From a virus (taxonomy: Duplodnaviria; Heunggongvirae; Uroviricota; Caudoviricetes), in the IMG/VR virus record IMGVR_UViG_3300006226_000014, positions 24,804-88,803 of that record: a DNA stretch of 64,000 bases. One strand, given 5' to 3'. The position numbers were made by a program, and so were the translations under genes. The notes beneath the pieces were generated by a model. The model made no database searches. It saw only the letters and a program-made list of their open reading frames with translations, and was not told where the DNA came from. Numbering within the stretch: position 1 is the first letter of the stretch; the number at the start of each line of letters is the position of its first letter. Shown here piece by piece: positions 44,944 to 52,742 of this stretch.

Positions 44944-45825
44944 ATGTATAAGATAACCAAACGATCAATAACGATAGACGACTTTCTCAAGTTGAAGAAC
45001 TTCCCGCCATTCAAGAAGATGCGTTCAAATGGGAAGACGCTAAATCTAGCAACTATCTTTGCGTGCACTGGCCCAACTTTGGGCAGACAAATGAAAGGTG
45101 CTGGCTTCTCAGAACACGATTGTGATTTGACTATTGAGACATTCAACTTAGAGAATGCATACAACACAGCATTACGTACAACCAAAGATAAGACGCCATT
45201 AGAACTCAAGTACATCATAGTAGGCAATAAGCTTAGAGAACTGTTCTTCCAAACATATCCCGGTCTATTAGACAGAGTGAATAGAGAACAACAGTTCGCA
45301 ATGAAGCACGGCTATGTTAGAACCTGGACCGGGCCAGTGAGACACTTTCCAGAGTTCCGCTATATGAAACGAAACATCAATGGAAATCTAATAGGAGTTG
45401 ATCAAAAACTGTATAGTAAGATGTTTGCCGGTATGAAGAATGAAGCTAGCAATACTTCAATTCAGACTGCTGAAGTCTATCAAGCAATGCCAGACTGTAC
45501 TGCAACTAATGTGCTGTTGAAAGAATGGGGATTGAAAAGTCGACTTTACAATTATGTGCACGATTCATTATCATTGTATGTGTACAAACCAGAAGCTAGA
45601 TTGATATATGCATTATTGAATCGACTATCATTAGAGCATAGAGAGCCATACTATGATCTGCGTATGTACATTGATGTAATAGAGGCTGACTTAACTAATC
45701 CAGAACATTACTATGACAAAGGAAAAGAGATCAATATCGAAAACTATGATTTAGATGAAGAACTCACCTCATGGAATGCAGAACATGGAACTAATTTAGT
45801 ATATAAGGAGTTGATACCAAAATGA
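44944..45825 (+). CDS. Family A DNA polymerase, C-terminal part (motifs B and C).
   Basis: Motif B RSNGKTLNLATIFACTGP (RxxxKxxNFGxxYG-like); motif C YNYVHDSL. Confidence 0.8.
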   Translation: MYKITKRSITIDDFLKLKNFPPFKKMRSNGKTLNLATIFACTGPTLGRQMKGAGFSEHDCDLTIETFNLENAYNTALRTTKDKTPLELKYIIVGNKLRELFFQTYPGLLDRVNREQQFAMKHGYVRTWTGPVRHFPEFRYMKRNINGNLIGVDQKLYSKMFAGMKNEASNTSIQTAEVYQAMPDCTATNVLLKEWGLKSRLYNYVHDSLSLYVYKPEARLIYALLNRLSLEHREPYYDLRMYIDVIEADLTNPEHYYDKGKEINIENYDLDEELTSWNAEHGTNLVYKELIPK

Positions 45826-45995
45826 GATATCTAATTTCAATGGCAGTTGCACTGTTCATCATATTTGGAATATCACTCATTATTGTTCCAGTTGTGCTAG
45901 CTATTCTTTTTCAGACACTTTGGTACATGTTAATATGGGTATTACCAATAGCACTTATAGTCGGCTTGATTAGGCTATTGACTGATTTAGTATGA
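45822..45995 (+). CDS. Small membrane protein (57 aa, two transmembrane helices).
   Basis: ATGA overlap with the polymerase-C stop; hydrophobic throughout. Confidence 0.4.
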   Translation: MRYLISMAVALFIIFGISLIIVPVVLAILFQTLWYMLIWVLPIALIVGLIRLLTDLV

Positions 45996-46109
45996 AAAGC
46001 AGATGTGTCGGCTGTAAGGCTGAGTGTGAAGATAGAGACTCACTTACACTAGACGAGAAAATAGAGGTAGTTGTAACAGATTGTAGCAACTTTACGAAGG
46101 AGAAGAAGA

Positions 46110-46529
46110 ATGATACAGTGGGACGAAAGCAAAGACAACCCAGTGAACATAAAGATACGTAAGATATGGGCAGCAGAAACATTTGAAGAATGTCAAACAC
46201 TTTGTAGAGAGCTATTTGAATTAGGTCATACAGATGGCCAACAATATGTGTGGGCTGTCAGAGCTGGTGACTTTACCGGACACAAGATAACTGAGCATGG
46301 AAAAGAAATGGCTAAAAAGTTAGGTCAAACTGAAGAGGAGTTCTTAGGCATTGATACTAACAAGTTCGAAAAGGTTGGAGATGAATGGGTACTCAGAAAG
46401 ACTCCAATAAAAGATGAGACGATAACTGTTACTAACAATAGCAACATTCAACAATATGTCGAATTTGATAACGGCAAATTCAGATTGAAGGAGAGACCAT
46501 TTGATACGGACAACAATAAGACGCAATAA
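46110..46529 (+). CDS. Hypothetical protein (139 aa).
   Basis: Strong SD GAAGGAGAAGAAGA before the ATG. Confidence 0.55.
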   Translation: MIQWDESKDNPVNIKIRKIWAAETFEECQTLCRELFELGHTDGQQYVWAVRAGDFTGHKITEHGKEMAKKLGQTEEEFLGIDTNKFEKVGDEWVLRKTPIKDETITVTNNSNIQQYVEFDNGKFRLKERPFDTDNNKTQ

Positions 46530-46845
46530 GAAGCACGCTACATCATCATTCTTTGATGATATCAGATTGCTACGACGTTCTAGGTTTGATACTGACTATC
46601 GAGACTTAAAGAATGGTATGGCCTTCGATGTTGGTAAGTTGCAATTAGCATATGCTGCACAGGAGATCATATTGTGGCGACGTGGTTGTATGGAGTTATC
46701 TGACTACATCAATAGATTGCCAAATGATCAGTTGAAAGATTTAGTAGCTGACTATATGGGAGAAGACTGGACAGAAGACAAAGAGCCAGTTGCAATAGAG
46801 ACACATGATAAGTTTATCGCAGATCCAGACAACGAAGAGGCTTGA
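46501..46845 (+). CDS. Hypothetical protein; start uncertain (the track uses TTG).
   Basis: Track ORF; first in-frame ATG at about 46618. Confidence 0.35.
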   Translation: MIRTTIRRNKKHATSSFFDDIRLLRRSRFDTDYRDLKNGMAFDVGKLQLAYAAQEIILWRRGCMELSDYINRLPNDQLKDLVADYMGEDWTEDKEPVAIETHDKFIADPDNEEA

Positions 46846-47176
46846 GAATCCACAAACATTAGTTGACTATTTTGAATCTATTAGTGACAGAAATCGAATT
46901 ACTGATCATCTAATAGAGCCAATAAAGAAATGCGACTTTCTTCTGAGTAGATATCCAAAACGTATTAGGAGTGATATATTAGCTCTTCTGAAAAGAGGGG
47001 CTGTGATGTCTTCCAGTCAAAAGATGGAAAAAGTTGCTGAAGATCATCTAAGAGAATTTGTCAAACTTCAAAAACAAAATGACACTTTGAAGAAAGAGCT
47101 TGCTGAACTTAAGAACAATAGGTCACTCGAAAAACGTCGTTTAGAACTATTAGAAAGTACTCATTTGTTTGACTAA
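46805..47176 (+). CDS. Hypothetical coiled-coil protein (123 aa).
   Basis: Track ORF. Confidence 0.45.
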   Translation: MISLSQIQTTKRLENPQTLVDYFESISDRNRITDHLIEPIKKCDFLLSRYPKRIRSDILALLKRGAVMSSSQKMEKVAEDHLREFVKLQKQNDTLKKELAELKNNRSLEKRRLELLESTHLFD

Positions 47177-47220
47177 TACTTAAGGAAATATATCTGTTGG
47201 AATAAAAATAACTAATTATT

Positions 47221-47904
47221 ATGAATTATAGAGAAATATATCTAAAAATAATTATTAGTACTCAAAAACAAAATAGAAAAAAAGTTCGTGGTAAAAATCA
47301 ATACTATTATGAAAAACATCATATATTACCGAAATCTTTATTTCCTTTATGGAAAGATAGAAAAAGTAATTTAGTTATTTTAACCGCTAGAGAACATTTT
47401 TTCTGTCATCAATTATTATGTAAAATCTATCCGTCAAGATCAATGTATAATGCATTATGGCGATTATCAACTGATGGAAGAAGAAAAATAACTTCAAAAG
47501 AATATGAAAGAATAAAAATTAAAAGATCTGAATTATTATCTCAAAAAAGAGGATATAAAAGACCACCTTTTTCAGAACAATGGAAACAAAATATAAAATT
47601 AGGAAGACAAAAACAAATAATAACAGATGAACACAAACAAAAAATTAGTGATTGGGCAACAAAATGTAAATGGTATAATAATGGAATAAAAGAAACTTTT
47701 TGTGAAATAATGCCAAAAGGTTATAAAGTTGGAAGATTACCTGGCTTAAATAACACTAAAAAAGTATTTTGTGTAGAATTAAATAAATCATTTAATAGTT
47801 TAAAAGAAGCTTCATTAGTTACAGGAGCAAACTATACTAAAATATGTGAAGTATGTAGAGGTTCACGAAAACAGTCTGGTGGCTATACTTGGAAATACAT
47901 TTAA
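47221..47904 (+). CDS. HNH homing endonuclease with NUMOD-type DNA-binding modules.
   Basis: YYYEKHHILPKSLF ... SNLVILTAREHFFCHQ (HNH). SEQWKQNIKLGRQ and TDEHKQKISDWA (NUMOD3-like). C-terminal GANYTKICEVCRGSRKQSGGYTWKYI. Very AT-rich and free-standing. Confidence 0.7.
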   Translation: MNYREIYLKIIISTQKQNRKKVRGKNQYYYEKHHILPKSLFPLWKDRKSNLVILTAREHFFCHQLLCKIYPSRSMYNALWRLSTDGRRKITSKEYERIKIKRSELLSQKRGYKRPPFSEQWKQNIKLGRQKQIITDEHKQKISDWATKCKWYNNGIKETFCEIMPKGYKVGRLPGLNNTKKVFCVELNKSFNSLKEASLVTGANYTKICEVCRGSRKQSGGYTWKYI

Positions 47905-48467
47905 TATTTTATAATTTCTCTTCTTAATGCCATCTGATGTACTGTTTCAATTAATTCTGGTGGTAGATTTTCTGTTGGAATCGTGGCCTTACACTTATTC
48001 ATAATCATTTTGTGCATACCAAATGTGCCTAATAGTTCCTGAATTTCTATTGGAATGATAATCGGATACTTTTGTGCTTCATCTAACATAATACGAAATA
48101 GCAAATCTTTCACATTTATGTCAAACTCAAATGGTATCTGTAAGGTGTAGAACTTTTCTTGTGCGTCATCTTCAAATGCTGATACTAATGATGTCAACGA
48201 CCAAGCTCGAGTCTCTGGATCAACATTGACTTTACGATATGGAACATCTGTTAGTGGTGGGAATACAGCTGATATGACATCACATGAGTCTACTATTATG
48301 CTTATCTTATCGCCTTCAAATGTATTGCGTGGACGTATTCTAACACAGTCAACTGGAGTGTCTATCCAATAGAGATTAGTTCCATCTATCAGTTTTCGTC
48401 GTAAATTATCTTGCTTCATACCTAATCTAGATTGAAAAGATGAAACTCTCATACGGTCAAAGTTCAT
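47901..48467 (-). CDS. Hypothetical protein (188 aa).
   Basis: ATG at 48465-48467 preceded by TACTAATTAAT. The track extends it to a TTG at 48488. Confidence 0.5.
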   Translation of the reverse strand: MNFDRMRVSSFQSRLGMKQDNLRRKLIDGTNLYWIDTPVDCVRIRPRNTFEGDKISIIVDSCDVISAVFPPLTDVPYRKVNVDPETRAWSLTSLVSAFEDDAQEKFYTLQIPFEFDINVKDLLFRIMLDEAQKYPIIIPIEIQELLGTFGMHKMIMNKCKATIPTENLPPELIETVHQMALRREIIKY

Positions 48468-48497
48468 ATTAATTAGTAAAGACGGCAACTAATTACT

Positions 48498-49286
48498 ATG
48501 AGAAAAATAGCACTAATATTGTTGGCTTTTTGCTTATTTGCATGCCAACGCGACGGTTTAACGATAAAGAACGGTGTTCTAACAGTAGGAGTAGAGGCTA
48601 ACTATCCGCCTATGGAGTATTTGACACCTTACGGAGAGTTCATTGGCTTTGATATTGATTTAGCTAGAGCACTCGGAAAGAAACTCGATTTAGAAGTTAG
48701 ATTTGTCAACACTAAATGGAACAGTATCTTTACTGAATTAAGTATGAGACGCTTCGATGTCATCATTTCAAGTGTTAGCATTTTGCCAGAGAGGGAATTA
48801 AGTTATGCTTTTTCTAAGCCATATTTAGAAAACTCGCTCAGCTTGATTGTCAATAAGAATGCCGACATAAAGCCAACCACATTAAAAGAGTTAGTTGGAT
48901 TACGTATTGCATATCAAGCTGAAACATCAACAGATCATCTATTACATCAGTGGGCTCGAGATAACGATGTTCAATTAGATTGTAACCCGCACTTTAGAGT
49001 TGACTCTTGCTTAGGTGCATTACAAAATGGACAAGTTGATGTTGTCATTATTGACGGAATAGTAGCATATGAATACTTACGCTATTTGAACTTTGATGAT
49101 AGATTTGAAATGTCAGGAGTTATCTTTAATGAAGACTTACTCGGTGTTTGTATGCTACAAGACAACCCCGAACTATTAGAACTTGTCAACTCCGCGCTCA
49201 AAGAACTCAAAACAGAAGGCATTTTAGAACAACTCTCTTATAAGTACTTTAATCAGAATTTGATTAGAGATTGCTTAACTCACTAA
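48498..49286 (+). CDS. Lipoprotein: amino-acid ABC-transporter substrate-binding protein (family 3 SBP).
   Basis: Signal and lipobox LLAFCLFAC. GVEANYPPMEY ... GFDIDLARALGKKL ... VIIS fits the polar amino-acid SBP family. Confidence 0.65.
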   Translation: MRKIALILLAFCLFACQRDGLTIKNGVLTVGVEANYPPMEYLTPYGEFIGFDIDLARALGKKLDLEVRFVNTKWNSIFTELSMRRFDVIISSVSILPERELSYAFSKPYLENSLSLIVNKNADIKPTTLKELVGLRIAYQAETSTDHLLHQWARDNDVQLDCNPHFRVDSCLGALQNGQVDVVIIDGIVAYEYLRYLNFDDRFEMSGVIFNEDLLGVCMLQDNPELLELVNSALKELKTEGILEQLSYKYFNQNLIRDCLTH

Positions 49287-49717
49287 TTATTATGAACCTT
49301 CAAGAACTTAAGATACGAGAGTTGGGACTTCTTAATACTCATAGGGATCGATATGTCGAATATGGAGTTGCTTACACTGACATACGAAAAATATGTGAAA
49401 ACTTTAGCGGCCCTAAATTGTCAGACGGCATTCTTATATCTGAAATAGCACAGCAATATGCTCTCAAAGAAAAGAAGCTATATGATCTAACAAAAGATAA
49501 GAAACATCTTATGCATATCAAAGCAGCCTCTGAATTGTTTAAGAAAGAATTTGTATCATTCAATGTGCTATTTGACTTTTTCTCAAAACAAAAGCGCAAC
49601 ATTAAGTTCGAAGAAGCTAAGCACTTATTGTCTCAAACGTCATTTTATGACAGAGTGAACCCACAAACATTGGTAGATGTGTTACAGTTCATAGAGATGA
49701 ATGCAAAGGAAGAATAG
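49271..49717 (+). CDS. Hypothetical protein (148 aa).
   Basis: Track ORF. Confidence 0.5.
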   Translation: MLNSLIIMNLQELKIRELGLLNTHRDRYVEYGVAYTDIRKICENFSGPKLSDGILISEIAQQYALKEKKLYDLTKDKKHLMHIKAASELFKKEFVSFNVLFDFFSKQKRNIKFEEAKHLLSQTSFYDRVNPQTLVDVLQFIEMNAKEE

Positions 49718-50160
49718 TGAAATACATCAGGACTACTGCTAATAACATAGAGTTGAAATACCCGCTCTCATCATTAACATTAGTGTACGAATATATTGGT
49801 CCTTATAGAACTCACGGTGACATGTATCTTGATGATTCTAAATATGTATGGATAGAGTGCTTCACTGAGATTAATGATCTAATTTACTCAAATGGTCGAC
49901 CAGTAGCTATTTTGTGTCTAACTGAAAACCAACACCTTCCATTAAGTTTGCATTTATCAGTTATTGAGGTGTTCCAAGACGTCCGAAAAGAGGGCATTGG
50001 TTCAATAATCATGAATGATCTAATCTCTATAGCTAAAAGTCTGAACTTTAAGACAATGACGCTACAAGTTCATACCCCATCTCTAAAGTCATATTATGCT
50101 CGTTTTGGGTTCAAAAACCGCAAAATAGACGGCTATCAAATAATGAGAAAATACTTATAG
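49717..50160 (+). CDS. GNAT-family N-acetyltransferase.
   Basis: Motif A VRKEGIGSIIMNDLISIAK ... YARFGF. Confidence 0.6.
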   Translation: MKYIRTTANNIELKYPLSSLTLVYEYIGPYRTHGDMYLDDSKYVWIECFTEINDLIYSNGRPVAILCLTENQHLPLSLHLSVIEVFQDVRKEGIGSIIMNDLISIAKSLNFKTMTLQVHTPSLKSYYARFGFKNRKIDGYQIMRKYL

Positions 50161-50242
50161 ATTTTGAACATCTAATCTTTCCATCTTATATTATATATGT
50201 AAGGGACAATGAAATCCCAATATATCTTAAGGAGATAAGAAG
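50161..50242 (+). promoter_or_regulatory. Conserved promoter-leader cassette, copy 3 (extended leader).
   Basis: TTGAAC at 50164-50169, N17, TATATTATATA, tGTAAGGGAC, a second SD AAGGAGAT, ATG at 50243. Confidence 0.55.
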
Positions 50243-50626
50243 ATGAGAAAAGAACTGATTGACAGAGTCGAAAACACTTTTGGAGCCGTCATTGCAGACG
50301 TGCAGAAGAACCCCAAGAACCTGCGTGAAGCTCAGGCGCTGATCCGAGATCAGACCAAGCTGTTTCGTGAGCAGGCTGCAGCTGCTTATACGGCGTCCGT
50401 CGCTGCCCGGAAGGAAGAAAGGGCTGCTAAGCGTGAAGCTAAGGCCACTGCCATTACTGAGGCCCGTACTGCCCGTGATGAAGCCAAGGCCAAGTTCGCG
50501 GCTGCTCTCGCTATCAAGGTGAACGGAAATGTCGCCAAGAAACGTGCGAAGAAAGCCGGACCTGTGCAGATGGAACTGCCGATTTTGCCTGAACCAACCG
50601 AAACTGGGGAAGCAGATATATTCTAA
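50243..50626 (+). CDS. Ala/Lys/Arg-rich basic protein (histone H1-like low complexity) encoded by GC-rich DNA.
   Basis: About 53% GC with CTG/GCC/CGT codons, unlike the genome. Flanked by its own promoter cassette and a hairpin terminator. Confidence 0.55.
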   Translation: MRKELIDRVENTFGAVIADVQKNPKNLREAQALIRDQTKLFREQAAAAYTASVAARKEERAAKREAKATAITEARTARDEAKAKFAAALAIKVNGNVAKKRAKKAGPVQMELPILPEPTETGEADIF

Positions 50627-50630
50627 ACAA

Positions 50631-50662
50631 AAGGTCCTCCCTTATGGGAGGACCACTAACTT
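50631..50662. terminator. GC-rich hairpin; terminator-like, orientation ambiguous.
   Basis: GGTCCTCCC-ttat-GGGAGGACC. The T-tract is better on the minus strand (TTTTGTTT). Confidence 0.45.
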
Positions 50663-50677
50663 TAAAGAGGTAAACTT

Positions 50678-51352
50678 ATGAAAAGAATGATGTTGTTAAT
50701 GTTGACAGTAATTGTACTGTCTGGGTGTCCGACTCCTACTGGTGGAAATGGAAACGGTGATGATGATCCTATTCACACCCACAGTTGGGGAGAATGGTTT
50801 GTAACTGGAAATAACACAGTCCCGGCTACGTGTGTTGATTATGAACAAATAGAATGGAGAAGGAATTGTAGTAATTCTCCAACTCATTTTGAAGTTGAAA
50901 TGAGAAATGGTGACAGTCCAAATGTAAATTATCATAATGGAACAACTTCAAATAGTAGTTCTGTTCGGTGTCGAGATTGTTCAACCTTTATAGATTGGTC
51001 AGATTCCTTAGATTGGTCTAGTCCCTTGTCATATTGGAAAAATGATGATGGTGATTATTTAGGGTTTGGTTATCAAACTTCTCCAGGAGAAGGAACTTCT
51101 GCGTTTATTACATCAACCACTGGTTTAACTCCTGGGTTAGAGTTTTACAGATTAATTAATCTTACTGAAAATACATTTACATTAAAATATTTAAATCCCA
51201 ATCAGGGATATCCAAATATGTGGGGTAATGAATCCTATACTATTGAATATGAATTCGGACCTGGAGACGATGAAATTACAATAATTGATTTTGGTAGTTT
51301 TCCTTTTCCAATTCCGACTGGAGTTTACGAAAAATGGGATAGAATTTATTAA
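50678..51352 (+). CDS. Lipoprotein (224 aa).
   Basis: Signal and lipobox MLLMLTVIVLSGC. Gly/Asn/Thr-rich body with several Cys. Confidence 0.55.
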   Translation: MKRMMLLMLTVIVLSGCPTPTGGNGNGDDDPIHTHSWGEWFVTGNNTVPATCVDYEQIEWRRNCSNSPTHFEVEMRNGDSPNVNYHNGTTSNSSSVRCRDCSTFIDWSDSLDWSSPLSYWKNDDGDYLGFGYQTSPGEGTSAFITSTTGLTPGLEFYRLINLTENTFTLKYLNPNQGYPNMWGNESYTIEYEFGPGDDEITIIDFGSFPFPIPTGVYEKWDRIY

Positions 51353-51364
51353 AAATAACTTCTA

Positions 51365-51396
51365 CAGCCCCGGCTTCTCGGCCGGGGCTTTTTATG
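51365..51396 (+). terminator. Rho-independent terminator, possibly bidirectional between convergent genes.
   Basis: AGCCCCGGC-ttctc-GCCGGGGCT followed by TTTTTATGTTT. Confidence 0.65.
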
Positions 51397-51422
51397 TTTA
51401 AAATAAAGATCATTTTTAATAT

Positions 51423-52733
51423 CTAATCAATTGATTCTTCTATGTCACTTATTCCAAAAGTATCTATCAAATACTTTTCTAACTCTCCACTGTTTTTAAA
51501 CATCATTCCTTGAAACTCAAACGGTCGTTTTATGTCTCCTTGTTCTAGATAATCGTACATCAGATTCAAGTTCATCTTTCCGTCTTTATTCGTAATTGAA
51601 GTTACATCTAACTCAAACATATCACCTTGTCTAATCATAAAGTCTTCTTTGTCTATATCTAAATCATCGAATTCGTGTCTGTCAAATGAGTGTGGTCTAG
51701 TGTTATTTATTGGGTGTTGTTTGAATGTGTCTATGTCTTCAGATTCAGAAATATCCCATAATGGTTCATTTGGATCAAACGGTCTAACTGGTCGGTATAT
51801 AGTTTCTCTTTTATTGTCGTATCTAATTATCTGTATGTTCTCTGGGTTGAATACAAATATATTACCGACACCATTTTCTTCTGAAACGTAACCGTCATAA
51901 TTTAGCTTACGAACAATATCAGTGATCATAGGATTTTCCATTTGACTCCATTTATGAGTTCTAAATACTTCTGTTAGTTCACTTTGCAAAGTTCTATACA
52001 CTGCGCCAGGTTGCTTCATAGCAAAATTGAAGAAAAACTCTCTAGGATTCTTTCTCACTTCAGTCAAAAAAGCTGTTCTGTCTTTTCGACTACCTGGATT
52101 AAATAGATTAAGTGGCTTAGTCAATAAACATCGATATAGGTAATATTCATCTTGCCGGAACTTATCCATGAGATAGTCTCTTAAGTAGTCATTGATCATT
52201 ACTAATTTAGGTGTTAGAAAAGTGCCGCCGTATGATACATCAGTGCCTCTAAAGCGATTACGTTTTTCGAACTTAGTGAACTTATTAGGAGATATATGAT
52301 AGTAAGACTTTCCAGTTCGATAGATTTGTTCAAATAACTGTGACTCCTTAATTGTGTTGGGCTTCAATGCGACATAAGTGTCTGCCACTACTTTTGGGTC
52401 TTTTACATTTTCTATAACTAATCCGTCATGGTCATTCTCATAAGCCATTAAGGATAACTTATCAGAATTGTATCTTTTTCCATCTATTTGTATGTCATGA
52501 TAATCAGCACCTTCCGCATCAATGATCATTGGGTCATCAAATTCTAATTCATTTTTAATGACTTTTCCATCACCATACCATTCAGCAACTTCTGGATCTG
52601 ATGTGTACCATTTTCCTACAGACTTTTTTGAAGTGATCTTATCAAATTCTCCAGGTTCCCAGAAGTTTTTGCCGTCATCACTTCCTCCTGACATTCCACG
52701 ATAACCAGTATAGATTTCTTCAAATAGTTTCAT
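51423..52733 (-). CDS. Hypothetical 436-aa protein with an MKLFEEIY leader.
   Basis: Track ORF; SD AGGAAAG. Confidence 0.55.
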   Translation of the reverse strand: MKLFEEIYTGYRGMSGGSDDGKNFWEPGEFDKITSKKSVGKWYTSDPEVAEWYGDGKVIKNELEFDDPMIIDAEGADYHDIQIDGKRYNSDKLSLMAYENDHDGLVIENVKDPKVVADTYVALKPNTIKESQLFEQIYRTGKSYYHISPNKFTKFEKRNRFRGTDVSYGGTFLTPKLVMINDYLRDYLMDKFRQDEYYLYRCLLTKPLNLFNPGSRKDRTAFLTEVRKNPREFFFNFAMKQPGAVYRTLQSELTEVFRTHKWSQMENPMITDIVRKLNYDGYVSEENGVGNIFVFNPENIQIIRYDNKRETIYRPVRPFDPNEPLWDISESEDIDTFKQHPINNTRPHSFDRHEFDDLDIDKEDFMIRQGDMFELDVTSITNKDGKMNLNLMYDYLEQGDIKRPFEFQGMMFKNSGELEKYLIDTFGISDIEESID

Positions 52734-52742
52734 AATTCTTTC

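Noticed and set aside
48468-48488. Track N-terminal extensions that use TTG or GTG starts (48488, 59371, 40017, 39492, 30879, 46501).
   Set aside because: In each case an in-frame ATG slightly downstream is preceded by the recurrent ACTAA(C/T)TAAT box or an SD. The extensions simply translate that box. I used the ATG starts where they were evident.
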